This document shows positions 21,855 to 31,998 of a stretch of DNA of 64,000 nt, one piece after another (position 1 is the stretch's first letter; the number at the start of each line of letters is the position of its first letter). The stretch is from an uncultured delta proteobacterium. GTDB lineage: Bacteria > Desulfobacterota > Desulfobacteria > Desulfobacterales > Desulfosalsimonadaceae. Made by a program: the position numbers and the translations under genes. The stretch covers positions 160,001-224,000 of the forward strand of contig CAWGYD010000008.1 in assembly GCA_963826785.1 (NCBI GenBank), written 5' to 3'. The notes under the pieces were generated by a model, which was not told the DNA's origin, did no database searches, and was given only the letters and a program-made list of their open reading frames with translations.

Positions 21855-23279
21855 ATGGTTAACGTACGGCTCACAACGATTGCCGCAATCCTGATGGGTA
21901 TTGCTGCCGTCGCCATGGCGCAGCCGTCTGCCCAATGGGTGGCCCGATACAACGGGGCGGAAAACAGCGAGGACTTCGCAGGCGCCATGACCATGGACGG
22001 CGCCGGAAATATCTATGTGACGGGAGACAGCTACAGCGAAGGATCATTTTCCGATTACGCCACTGCAAAATATGACAGCCAGGGAAATCAACTGTGGTCG
22101 GCCCGGTATAACGGGTCGGACCGCCGGTGGGGCGACCACGCTGCCGCCATTGCGGTGGATGACGAGGGAAATGTCCTTGTCACCGGGTCTTCCATGGGGA
22201 TGGGGACCGGTTTTGATTACGCCACCATCAAGTATGACAAATCCGGAAACGAACTCTGGACGGCACGATACAACTCCCCGGTCAATGAATGGGACCGGGC
22301 CGAAGCCATCGCCGTTGATGCTTCCGGAAATGTCTATGTGACCGGATACAGCCCTCGCCTGAAAACCGGATACGATTACGCCACCATTAAATATGATGCA
22401 AACGGACGGATGGCCTGGGTGACCCGCTACGACCACGGCGGATTTGACCAGGCCAAGGCACTGGCCCTGGATGCGGCCGGGGATATCTGCGTCACCGGAA
22501 CCAGCCGGGATGCCGATACCGGCCTCGATTTCGCAACGGTAAAATATGATACGGACGGACGGCAGCTCTGGTCGGCACGCTACAATTCCGCTTACGGCGC
22601 AGACGACCAGGCAAATGCCATGATCATCGACGCCGGCGGCCATATCTATGTGACCGGTTACAGCCGGGGCGCGCATTCGGGAGACGATTATCTCACTCTC
22701 AAATACGATGCTTCGGGAAGTCTGCTGTGGGCCGCCCGATACAACGGACCGTCCAATGCCGAAGACCACGCCGAAGCCCTGGCGGTGGATATGGATGGCC
22801 GGCTCTGTGTCACCGGCTACAGCCGGGGAAAAGACGGGACCATCTGCTATACCACAGTGAAATACGATTCAGACGGGAGCCAGCTCTGGGTCAACACCTA
22901 TGATGCGCCCATCAACCTGTGGGATCATGCCGAAGCCCTGGCCGTCGATCCTGCCGGAAACGCCTACGTGGCCGTGGTCGGCAGGGGGGCGGACTCCAGT
23001 TATGATTACGTCACCCTGGGATACGACAGCGACGGCATTGAAATGTGGAGGGCCCGATACAATGGGCCGGACCGGTTTTTCGCCGACCATGCCCGGGCCA
23101 TCCGGGTCGATGATGATGGTAATATTTACGTCCTGGGGCATTCCTGGGGGGTCCGGACTTTAAATGACTACACCCTGGTGAAGTATTCACCCGGAAAAGA
23201 TTCCATGGCCGCCTCGGGGCCGTCCCCGGCAACCCAGGCAAGTGGGCCTTTCCCGAAGGTATCGGCTTCTGTTCCATGA
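21855..23279 (+). CDS. secreted SBBP/beta-propeller repeat protein
   Basis: Signal peptide ending AMA-Q; seven repeats of the type A(V)DxxGNxYVTGxS...DYxTxKYDxxGxxxW. Confidence 0.88.
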   Translation: MVNVRLTTIAAILMGIAAVAMAQPSAQWVARYNGAENSEDFAGAMTMDGAGNIYVTGDSYSEGSFSDYATAKYDSQGNQLWSARYNGSDRRWGDHAAAIAVDDEGNVLVTGSSMGMGTGFDYATIKYDKSGNELWTARYNSPVNEWDRAEAIAVDASGNVYVTGYSPRLKTGYDYATIKYDANGRMAWVTRYDHGGFDQAKALALDAAGDICVTGTSRDADTGLDFATVKYDTDGRQLWSARYNSAYGADDQANAMIIDAGGHIYVTGYSRGAHSGDDYLTLKYDASGSLLWAARYNGPSNAEDHAEALAVDMDGRLCVTGYSRGKDGTICYTTVKYDSDGSQLWVNTYDAPINLWDHAEALAVDPAGNAYVAVVGRGADSSYDYVTLGYDSDGIEMWRARYNGPDRFFADHARAIRVDDDGNIYVLGHSWGVRTLNDYTLVKYSPGKDSMAASGPSPATQASGPFPKVSASVP

Positions 23280-23367
23280 TCCCATGATCAGATCAGATCA
23301 GATCAGACATCCCCGATTGCCCCTCCCCGCCCGGGCCCGCAGGCACATTTCCACCCAAAATTATTGC

Positions 23368-23396
23368 TTGACTTTCGGATAGCACGAGCGTAATTT
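23368..23396 (+). promoter_or_regulatory. putative sigma70 promoter of the acyl-CoA dehydrogenase pair
   Basis: TTGACT-N17-TAATTT, 52 bp upstream of ATG 23448. Confidence 0.55.
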
Positions 23397-23447
23397 TCCA
23401 TCAATCGTTGGAAGCATCTATTTGATATCATCAGGAGGCGCGTTGAA

Positions 23448-24602
23448 ATGGATTTTACACTCGACAAATCTCAAAAGGAGATCCAAAGAGCCGCCTGGGA
23501 ATTTGCCAGGGGTCTGTTTGACAAGGAAAAGATCATCGACTGGTCCAAAACCCAGGAATTTCCCAAAGCCATACTGAAAAAAGCCGGGGAACTCGGGTTT
23601 ATCGGTATCCACTTCCCCGAAAGCGTGGACGGCGGCGGCATGGGCCTGCTGGAATATGCCCTGGTGGCCGAAACCCTGTGCCGAAGGGATTCCAGCCTGG
23701 GTTCTGCCCTCTTGTTTGCCGCCTATGGGTCCGAGTGCCTCCTGCGATTTGGGAGCGAGGAGATGAAAACCCGGTTTCTTCCCCCCCTGGTGGAGGGTGA
23801 GACCATCTGCACCGGCGCATTCATGGAAGCCGACCAGGGATATGATCTTCGGAAGATGAACACCACCGCCGTAAAGGAAAACAGCGAATGGATCATCTCC
23901 GGTGAAAAGGGGTTTGTCCCCTTTGGTGAAAGTGCGAATTTTTTTGTGGTGCTTTGCACGACAAACCCGAAAGCCGATCCGCCCGCATCCGGCATGTCCC
24001 TTTTCCTGGTGGAATCGGACCGCCCGGGGGTGTCTGCCGTCGATGCCGGGGAAAAACTGGGGGGCCGGCTCATCCCCTTTTCAAACGTGTCCTTTGACTG
24101 CGTCAGGGTCCCGGCGCAGAACCTCATCGGCTCGGAATCGGCGGGCTATGACCAGGTCAAGCGGTTTCTGGCCGAAAACCGCATCCAGATTGCCGCCATG
24201 GCCCTCGGAACGGCCCAGGGGGCCTATGACCGCGCCCTGGACTATGTCAAGCAGCGGGAGCAGTTCGGCAAGAAGCTGGCCCAGTTCCAGATCACCCGCC
24301 ACAAGATTGCGGACATGGCCGCCCGGATCGAAACCGCCCGGCTGCTGACCTATCATGCGGCCTGGAAATTCGACCACCATCAGATCGACGACCAGAGTGC
24401 CTCCATGGCCAAGCTCGTCGCCGCCCAGACCGCCATGGCGGTCACCGACGAAGCCATCCAGCTCATGGGCGGGTATGGATACATGACCGAATACGAAGTG
24501 GAGCACTTCTACCGGGATGCCAAGCAGGCCGAAATTTTTCAGGGCACACCGGCGGTCCAGAAAGATATCATCTCGGATGAAATTTTCGCCAAACTGAAAT
24601 AA
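23448..24602 (+). CDS. acyl-CoA dehydrogenase
   Basis: R.QFGK and IQLMGGYGY..EY.VE motifs; EIFQGT where most family members have E-G-T. Confidence 0.93.
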   Translation: MDFTLDKSQKEIQRAAWEFARGLFDKEKIIDWSKTQEFPKAILKKAGELGFIGIHFPESVDGGGMGLLEYALVAETLCRRDSSLGSALLFAAYGSECLLRFGSEEMKTRFLPPLVEGETICTGAFMEADQGYDLRKMNTTAVKENSEWIISGEKGFVPFGESANFFVVLCTTNPKADPPASGMSLFLVESDRPGVSAVDAGEKLGGRLIPFSNVSFDCVRVPAQNLIGSESAGYDQVKRFLAENRIQIAAMALGTAQGAYDRALDYVKQREQFGKKLAQFQITRHKIADMAARIETARLLTYHAAWKFDHHQIDDQSASMAKLVAAQTAMAVTDEAIQLMGGYGYMTEYEVEHFYRDAKQAEIFQGTPAVQKDIISDEIFAKLK

Positions 24603-24653
24603 TACCCGCAGACGGCCGTGATCGCGCCGCGGCATCGAAAACAGGAGATCATC

Positions 24654-25799
24654 ATGAACATACTGCCTTATACCCAGGAACATCATGAATATCGGGAACG
24701 CCTGCGGGCCTTCCTGGCCGCTGAAGTCACCCCCCGGGTGGGCCAGTGGGAAAAAGACCACATCGTTCCCAAGGACATGTGGCGCCGCATGGGCCGGGAA
24801 GGGTTTCTGTGCACCTGGGTGCCGAAGGAATACGGCGGCATGGGCGGCGATTTCCTCTATTCGGTGGTGACCACCGAGGAAATGGCCAGGACCAACCACA
24901 CCGGGCTTGCCGCCATGCTCCACAGCGACGTGGTAGTCCCCTACATCGGGGCCTTCGGGTCCGAGGAGCAGAAAAAAAAGTATCTTCCCGGGTGCGTCTC
25001 CGGGGACATCATCACCGCCATCGCCATGACCGAACCGGATGCGGGCAGCGACCTGGCCGGGATGCAGGCCACCGCCGAAGTCGACGGAGATGAATTTATC
25101 ATCAACGGCTCCAAGACCTTCATCTCCAACGGCATCAACGCCGACCTGGTGATCGTGGCCGCCAAGACCCCCGAGGAATCCAATCCGTACAAGGCCCTTT
25201 CCCTGTTTGTGGTGGAAGACGGCAATCCCGGGCTCAAGCGGGGCCGCCACCTGGACAAGATGGGATTTCACAGCCAGGACACCGCCGAACTGTTCTTCTC
25301 CAACTGCCGCATCCCCCGTGAAAATGTGCTGGGCCAGCAGGGCATGGGATTCATGATGCTCATGGAAAAGCTCCAGCAGGAGCGTCTGATGTGCGCCATC
25401 GGCGCCCAGGCCGCATCCGAACTCATCGTGGAGTGGACCGTCGACTACTGCAAAACACACCATGACGCCCTGGGGAAACCGCTATCCAAGTCCCAGGCCA
25501 CCCATTTCGCCCTGGTGGAGATGCTCACGGAGGTAAAACTCGGTCGGGCGTTTATCGACAAGCTGACCGTGGAGCACGCCGCCGGGGAAAGCATCATCGT
25601 GGAGACCTCCATGGCCAAATACTGGACCACGGACCAGGCCAAGAAACTGGCCAGCCGGTGCCTGGACCTGTTCGGCGACGCGGGCCTGACGGAAAACTGC
25701 CCGCTGGCCCGGGCCCTGCGCGACGTTCGGGTCATGTCCATCTTTGCCGGCACCAACGAGGTGATGAAGGGAATCGCCGCCAAGTTCATGGGGCTGTGA
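24654..25799 (+). CDS. acyl-CoA dehydrogenase (long-chain type)
   Basis: AMTEPDAGSD, GSKTFISNG, QERL and IFAGTNE motifs. Confidence 0.93.
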   Translation: MNILPYTQEHHEYRERLRAFLAAEVTPRVGQWEKDHIVPKDMWRRMGREGFLCTWVPKEYGGMGGDFLYSVVTTEEMARTNHTGLAAMLHSDVVVPYIGAFGSEEQKKKYLPGCVSGDIITAIAMTEPDAGSDLAGMQATAEVDGDEFIINGSKTFISNGINADLVIVAAKTPEESNPYKALSLFVVEDGNPGLKRGRHLDKMGFHSQDTAELFFSNCRIPRENVLGQQGMGFMMLMEKLQQERLMCAIGAQAASELIVEWTVDYCKTHHDALGKPLSKSQATHFALVEMLTEVKLGRAFIDKLTVEHAAGESIIVETSMAKYWTTDQAKKLASRCLDLFGDAGLTENCPLARALRDVRVMSIFAGTNEVMKGIAAKFMGL

Positions 25800-25830
25800 A
25801 AGGGTCGCCCGGAAATGGCGGCAGGACGCG

Positions 25831-26739
25831 CTACTTGATTTTCGCGTAAACCCTGCGGATGGCATCGGCAATGGCCGCGGGTTCCTCTTCCTGGATAAAA
25901 TGCCCCGCTTCAGTTTCCGTTACGCCGGCCTGCGGCAGCGCCTCTGTCGTGCGCTTCAACAGCCGGCCCAGAACAGGGTCTTTCTTTCCCCACACGATTT
26001 CCACCGGGCCGGAAAACGATTTCACGAAGGCGAAGCATTTTCCAAGGGGTTCAACCGAGGGGTGTGCAAGGGAATCGGGGACCATCCGGGCCAGGGCCAG
26101 GGGCGCGGCATTGTCCCGGATTCTGCGCAGGGGATACCGGTAGGCCCTGGCCGCCGCGCCGGAAATGCTTGACGGGTCCCCCTGGGCTTTGTGAAGCGCG
26201 ATCTGGGGAAAACTAAATCCCCGGAACAAGATGGTGCTGATCACCGGCATCTGGCTGAGCCGGTGAAAAAAGGTGGGTTTAAAGCCCGGCTTCGGCGGGC
26301 CGATGGCCGTATTGAGCACCACCATCCCTTTGGCCATATTGGGCCGGTCGGAGAGCGCGCGCAATCCAATGGGGCCGCCCCAGTCCTGCCCCACAAATAT
26401 CAGGGAATCGATTCCCAGCTGGTCGATGAACGATCTGAGCCAGGCGGCATGATTTTCCAGGGTGTGGATGCGCATGTCGGCCGGCTTGTCCGAAAACCCC
26501 AGCCCGATCAGGTCCGGCGCAATGCACCGGAAGCCTTCTTCAGCCAGGTTCCGCATAACGTGCCGGTACAAAAATCCCCAGGTGGGATTGCCGTGCAGCA
26601 TCAGCACCGGATACCCTTTTCCGGATTCCGTCACGTGCATGAACCGGTCTTCGCCCACCCGGATTCGGTACCGGGCATGCCCCAGGGGCAGCATCTGTGC
26701 AATCCATTCCGGCATGGCCGGCGCCGTGAGCTTGTTCAT
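25831..26739 (-). CDS. alpha/beta hydrolase, haloalkane-dehalogenase-like
   Basis: HGNPTW, APDLIGLG.SDKP, QDWGG nucleophile motif and GHFIQEE. Confidence 0.88.
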   Translation of the reverse strand: MNKLTAPAMPEWIAQMLPLGHARYRIRVGEDRFMHVTESGKGYPVLMLHGNPTWGFLYRHVMRNLAEEGFRCIAPDLIGLGFSDKPADMRIHTLENHAAWLRSFIDQLGIDSLIFVGQDWGGPIGLRALSDRPNMAKGMVVLNTAIGPPKPGFKPTFFHRLSQMPVISTILFRGFSFPQIALHKAQGDPSSISGAAARAYRYPLRRIRDNAAPLALARMVPDSLAHPSVEPLGKCFAFVKSFSGPVEIVWGKKDPVLGRLLKRTTEALPQAGVTETEAGHFIQEEEPAAIADAIRRVYAKIK

Positions 26740-26944
26740 CCCCTCACCCCCCTGAGATCGTTATCGCGTTTTTTTCGGATATAAATGTAAGCGGCTTTTT
26801 GAAAAATTGCCACCCGCATCTTCCTGCCGGCCGCAATGGTTCTTGATCTTCGGGCCAATAGAAAATACATTTATGAGAAACTCAGTCCCATTGTATGATA
26901 CGGTTTCATTCTTTTAGGTCTTGAATCCATGCGCGTAAACATGA

Positions 26945-28555
26945 ATGAAAATGACTAAACCCGGACCCAGCGCTGAGACGATGGCAAACTGGCGGATCAG
27001 CGATCTGATCGACCTGGAATATTTTCTGCCCGGGGACGAAACCGGGGCGGATGCCGCTTCCGGACCGGATATTTCCCGGGACAGGGAAATTTATCTCTCC
27101 TATGCAAAGGCCCATCAGCCGCCGTTTCCCCGCCGGGACCTGCTCAGGTACTGGCTGGAGGCCAGACGGGGAAAAACGCACGCACCGGGCCGGGAGGCCG
27201 AACTGCCCGGCGCGGCATTTGACGAATCGTGGCGGGTCGCGCGCGTACTGGTCATCATTTCAGCCCTGTTCTTCGGCGCATCCCTCTCCTGGTCCGTGCT
27301 GTCCTACAGCGGCCATGAGCCCATCAACATTTTCACCTGCCTGTGGATCTTCATCGTTCCCCAGATCGCCCTGCTCTCTTTTCTGGCCATAACCGTGCTC
27401 CTGCACCAGGTCGGCATCATCGGGTCCTTCAAGAGCATGTACCCCCTGCTCTCCGCCCTGGTCCGGAGGATGGCCGCCCGCATGCGCAATACCGGACAAG
27501 ACGCCTTGTCCGCATCCCGCCGCAGCCGCATCTCCGGTGTCGCCGGGCTGATCGGCAAACAAAAAACCCTCTATGGATCGGTGTTTCTCTGGCCGGTGTT
27601 CATCCTGGCGCAGCTGTTCGGCCTCTGCTTCAACATCGGCCTTCTGGCGGCCACGCTGTTGAAGCTCACCATCACCGACCTGGCATTCGGGTGGCAGTCC
27701 ACCCTGCAGTTGGCCCCGGAGAGCGTCTACGAACTGGTCCATGCCATATCATTTCCATGGGTGTGGTTTGCCCCGCCCCCCATCGGGCATCCCACGCTTT
27801 CGCAGATCGCCGGGAGCAAGATGGTGCTCAAGGAAGGCATCGTCGGCCTGACCACGGCCAACCTGGTCTCCTGGTGGCCGTTTCTGTGTTTTGCCATCCT
27901 CTTTTACGGTTTTCTGCCGCGCCTGACGCTTTTGCTCATCGGCATGTGGCGCAGAAAAGCCGCCCTGGACCGGATCGATTTTTCCCACAGCGCATGCGAT
28001 CGGCTGATCCAGCACATGCAGACGCCGCGGGTGAATACGTCCAGCCGGATATTCTCGTCTGAGCCCGGGTTCTCCCCTGCGCCTGCTGCCGCACCGAAAC
28101 CGCCTGCCGAGGATTCGGCCGCGGTCCGGGCGGAAGGCGGCACCGCCCTGGTGGTGCTGCCGGAGGATATAGACGATAAATGCGATCCGAACCTGTTGTC
28201 CGAGCGCCTCGGCCAGATCCTGGGCCTGCGGGTGGAGAAAAAGATCCGTTCGGAGATGGATCCCGCGCAGGACCGGCAGGCGATGCAAACTTTAATTTCA
28301 GGGAGCAAAAACGCTGATCTTCGCGTGGTGGTGCTCCAGGAAGCCTGGCAGCCGCCCATCAGGGAAACACTGGAATGGATCAGGGCGCTGCGCGGCGCAG
28401 TCAATGATCATACCGGCATGATCATTGCCCTGATCGGCAAACCCGCCGGACAGGAGATATTTACCACCCCGGACGACACCGACCGGGTCATCTGGAACCA
28501 GGCGGTCAACGGCATGGGCGATCCGTATATCCGGGTGGAAAACCTGGGCGGATAA
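26945..28555 (+). CDS. DUF2868-like membrane protein
   Basis: Several TM segments; FGWQSTL, WWPF and YGFLPR motifs. Confidence 0.75.
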   Translation: MKMTKPGPSAETMANWRISDLIDLEYFLPGDETGADAASGPDISRDREIYLSYAKAHQPPFPRRDLLRYWLEARRGKTHAPGREAELPGAAFDESWRVARVLVIISALFFGASLSWSVLSYSGHEPINIFTCLWIFIVPQIALLSFLAITVLLHQVGIIGSFKSMYPLLSALVRRMAARMRNTGQDALSASRRSRISGVAGLIGKQKTLYGSVFLWPVFILAQLFGLCFNIGLLAATLLKLTITDLAFGWQSTLQLAPESVYELVHAISFPWVWFAPPPIGHPTLSQIAGSKMVLKEGIVGLTTANLVSWWPFLCFAILFYGFLPRLTLLLIGMWRRKAALDRIDFSHSACDRLIQHMQTPRVNTSSRIFSSEPGFSPAPAAAPKPPAEDSAAVRAEGGTALVVLPEDIDDKCDPNLLSERLGQILGLRVEKKIRSEMDPAQDRQAMQTLISGSKNADLRVVVLQEAWQPPIRETLEWIRALRGAVNDHTGMIIALIGKPAGQEIFTTPDDTDRVIWNQAVNGMGDPYIRVENLGG

Positions 28556-28585
28556 CAAGGTCGTCAATTTGAGATAAGGTTTATC

Positions 28586-30010
28586 ATGGAAACGACATCC
28601 CCCGCATTTGCCATTCTCGGGCATCCCAACGAGGGAAAGTCCTCGGTGGTCTCCACGCTGGCCGAGGATGACCGGGTCCCCATCAGCCCCACGCCGGGGG
28701 AGACCCGGAAATGCCACGAATACCCGGTCACGGTGGACGGCCATGAAATCCTGCGGTTCGTCGACACCCCGGGTTTCCAGCAGCCCCGCCGGACCCATCA
28801 GTGGATGACCGCCTATACCGGGGAAAATTCCCGCATGATCGCCGATTTCATTTCAGCCCATGTAACTGATCCCCAGTTTTCAGACGAGTGCGAACTAATG
28901 ACCCCCCTGGCGGCCGGCGCCGGGATCATTTACGTGGTGGATGGATCACGCCCCCTGCGCCGGACCGACATCATGGAAATGGATATCCTGAGGCTGACCG
29001 GTCTGCCCCGCATGGCGGTCATCAACACCAAGGAACAAAACCGGGTCGATTTTATCGACGCGTGGAAAACCGAAGCCCGCAAGCATTTCAACATCATCCG
29101 GGTCTTTGATGCCCACCGGGCCACCTATGCCGAGCGGATCGACCTGATGGAAAGCCTCAAAATGATCGACCCGGACTGGCAGCCGGCCCTGACCCGGGCC
29201 ATAGAGGCCTTCCAGAAGGACTGGCAGCAGCGCCTCAACGACACCGCCGTCACCATCATCCTGCTGCTCCAACAGGCGCAAAAGGCTTCAGTGTCCAAAA
29301 CCTGCGAAACCCAGGAGGAGATTGAAGAGATAAAAGATCAGCTCCAGGAAAAATACCAGCAGGAAATCCATCAGATCGAAAAAGCCGCGCACAGGCGAAT
29401 CCGCAAGCGGTTCAAGCACAACATCTTCAACTACGACCTGCCCCCCCACTCCATCCTGAAGGAGGACCTGTTTTCAAGGGCCTCCTGGCGGGTGCTGGGA
29501 CTGAAACAGTGGCAACTGGCCGCGGCCGCCGGCGCCGGCGGCGGTGCGCTGGGCGCGCAGATCGACCTGGCCCTGGCCGGGCACACCCTGGGTCTGTTCA
29601 CGGCCATTGGCGGCGCCATCGGGGCGGGTTCCGCTCTGCTGGGCGCCCGGCAGGCAGCGGGTACGAAAATCGTGGGAATGCCGCTGGGCCGGTACAAGGT
29701 CCGGGTGGGCCCCATGCAGAATCAGCAGATGCTGTTCATCCTGCTGGACCGCGCCCTGATCTATGTTTCCCACGTGATCAACTGGGCCCACAGCCGCCGG
29801 GAGCAGTCCGGTCCGCCACAGGCGGCGGAAGGCGCCAAGGCGGGCTACACATCGAAAATGGATGCCTCCCAAAAACAGCTGCTGGCGTCCTTCTTCAAAT
29901 CCCTTCAAAAAGACGATCCCGTTCGGGTCGAATCTCTGCGCTCCCGTGTGGAAGCCCTGCTCACCGACCAGCTCAACCAGATCTCCCGTCAAAAAGCGCC
30001 CGTGGAATAG
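28586..30010 (+). CDS. GTPase with DUF3482-like C-terminal domain
   Basis: GHPNEGKSS, PGET, DTPG and NTKE motifs; Gly/Ala-rich hydrophobic hairpin. Confidence 0.82.
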   Translation: METTSPAFAILGHPNEGKSSVVSTLAEDDRVPISPTPGETRKCHEYPVTVDGHEILRFVDTPGFQQPRRTHQWMTAYTGENSRMIADFISAHVTDPQFSDECELMTPLAAGAGIIYVVDGSRPLRRTDIMEMDILRLTGLPRMAVINTKEQNRVDFIDAWKTEARKHFNIIRVFDAHRATYAERIDLMESLKMIDPDWQPALTRAIEAFQKDWQQRLNDTAVTIILLLQQAQKASVSKTCETQEEIEEIKDQLQEKYQQEIHQIEKAAHRRIRKRFKHNIFNYDLPPHSILKEDLFSRASWRVLGLKQWQLAAAAGAGGGALGAQIDLALAGHTLGLFTAIGGAIGAGSALLGARQAAGTKIVGMPLGRYKVRVGPMQNQQMLFILLDRALIYVSHVINWAHSRREQSGPPQAAEGAKAGYTSKMDASQKQLLASFFKSLQKDDPVRVESLRSRVEALLTDQLNQISRQKAPVE

Positions 30011-30085
30011 TTTGTATTTGATTCCAGGCCCAATTTCTTCTAAACAGTAGAAATTGTGCACCGATTCACATTCAGTGGAGGTTTT

Positions 30086-31768
30086 ATGGAAGACGTTTCC
30101 CTGGCCGACCAGTCCCGGCTGGCCATCCGCACCTTCAAGACCATCGCGGATGCGGCCCTGCTGAGGGGATATTACCGCATGGGCGGTCGGACCGGCAGCA
30201 CCCTCGAGTCCGCCCTGCGCATCTTAAGCCCTGAAATATACGGTTCCATGAACGAACCCCGCTCCATCGAGTTAAAGGGGCTGGAATATGTCATCGACCG
30301 GCTTCCTAAAGGAATCGAATCCTGCCACCGCATCGTGATGACCGCCCACGAGGATTACCGGGGGGCCGCCTTTGAAAAGATCATGCCCCTGTCGCGCCGC
30401 CGGGTGTCCTACCGGATCAGCCCCACGGAAATGAGTTTTGCCATCACCCGCGGCCAGAGTGAAATCTATGACATTCTCACCCACATCACCTTCCTGTATA
30501 TCGAGGCCAAAAAGATCCAGAACAAGATGCGTGATGATTACGGCCAGATCACGGTGGAATGGCAGATGTTCGAAAAGAACCTTCCCTGTGTGGAAAACAT
30601 GTGCTCCCAGGAACTGGACCAGACCCTGTGGAACTTAAGCCTGCTTCTGGGACGGACTTTTGACGAAACCAAGGCCACCTTCGCCTACCTGGAAAAAAAC
30701 CGGACTGAAAAGGACAGCAACAACGGGCTGTTTAACATTATCTACAGCCTGGCCAGACTGGTGGATGAGGAAAAGGACAAGGAAAAAGCGGTCACCGTCC
30801 ATTTCACGCCGTCTTTGAGCAACCTGATCTTAAACCGCATCTATGCCCGGCAGTGGGCTGCGGCCATCAAGGAAAAACTCTTTTCACTGGGGCTCCAGGA
30901 CCGCCCCCTGCACATCTTCAGCGCCAACCTGCACAGCACGGTAAACCTGCTCTACGGATATGCGGCGGTGAAAGCCGACAAACCCTCGGCGGATCAGCAG
31001 GACCTTTATGAATTCATCCGCCAGCTGCGGGAAAACAGCCTGGATGTCCTTGAAGTTGCGGAAGAAAACGGGTGCTGCATGATCCATGATGAAAGCGGCT
31101 CCCAGATCGAATGCCAACTCATCGACACCCTGCCCCTGGCAAAAATCCCCCTTCACCCCGCCCTGAATATCGAAAAGGATACGGTGAAAGCCGAAAAGCC
31201 GGTGATCCTGGTGATGGATTACGCCTTCGGCGAGCAGGCGTTTGAACTGATGGACGAACTGCTCTATCCCTGGCCGGTCAACGGCGGCAAGCAGGCGCTG
31301 AATACCCGCTCCATTTCCATCATCGGCAAGGCGGGCATCCTGCCGGGGGAAAAGGGCGACATCATGCTGGCCACCGCCCACGTGCTGGAAGGCACTCCCC
31401 ATAATTACATCATCGACAATGACCTGACCGAGTCGGATTTCGACGACAGCGTGGGGGTGTTCACCGGCCCCCTGATCACCGTTTTGGGAACATCGCTCCA
31501 GAACCGGCACGTTTTGCAGAAATTCCAGCTCTCCACCTGGAAGGCCGTGGGCCTGGAAATGGAAGGGGGCCATTACCAGCGGGCCATCAACGCGGCCATC
31601 ATCCGCGGCCATGTCTCCAAGGATATTAAAATCCGCTACGCCTATTACGCCTCGGACAACCCCTTGAAGAGCGGCCAGACGCTGGCCTCGGGAAGCATGG
31701 GACTCGAGGGGATCAAGCCGACCTATCTGATCAGCAAACTGATCCTGGAAAAAATCTTGCACGCGTGA
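30086..31768 (+). CDS. conserved hypothetical protein (DUF6909-like) with a nucleoside-phosphorylase-like C-terminus
   Basis: GGAGG RBS; DYAFGEQA, GKAG, GDIM, GLEMEG and SDNPL motifs. Confidence 0.7.
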   Translation: MEDVSLADQSRLAIRTFKTIADAALLRGYYRMGGRTGSTLESALRILSPEIYGSMNEPRSIELKGLEYVIDRLPKGIESCHRIVMTAHEDYRGAAFEKIMPLSRRRVSYRISPTEMSFAITRGQSEIYDILTHITFLYIEAKKIQNKMRDDYGQITVEWQMFEKNLPCVENMCSQELDQTLWNLSLLLGRTFDETKATFAYLEKNRTEKDSNNGLFNIIYSLARLVDEEKDKEKAVTVHFTPSLSNLILNRIYARQWAAAIKEKLFSLGLQDRPLHIFSANLHSTVNLLYGYAAVKADKPSADQQDLYEFIRQLRENSLDVLEVAEENGCCMIHDESGSQIECQLIDTLPLAKIPLHPALNIEKDTVKAEKPVILVMDYAFGEQAFELMDELLYPWPVNGGKQALNTRSISIIGKAGILPGEKGDIMLATAHVLEGTPHNYIIDNDLTESDFDDSVGVFTGPLITVLGTSLQNRHVLQKFQLSTWKAVGLEMEGGHYQRAINAAIIRGHVSKDIKIRYAYYASDNPLKSGQTLASGSMGLEGIKPTYLISKLILEKILHA

Positions 31769-31998
31769 GTATCAGGACAAGATAGACATGAAAAAATTCA
31801 GTTGATCGGGTGATGATAGGACCAGTTGCCAATTTTGCCATGAATTCAGAAACCTATTTATTCAATTGAAATAGATTGATCCTTTGGCCGCATTCAACGG
31901 CCCCATCCTTTGTCTTGACACCCATCCGCATTTCCCCCTATATTCGCACTGCTTTTCAGGTTTGCTTCCCATTCAGTTATGCCAGCAAGGATTTATCC

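Noticed and set aside
24081..25463. Long antisense ORFs (also 8369, 9871, 13715, 30884, 36896, 43528)
   Set aside because: They are shadow frames of well-supported genes in GC-rich DNA.
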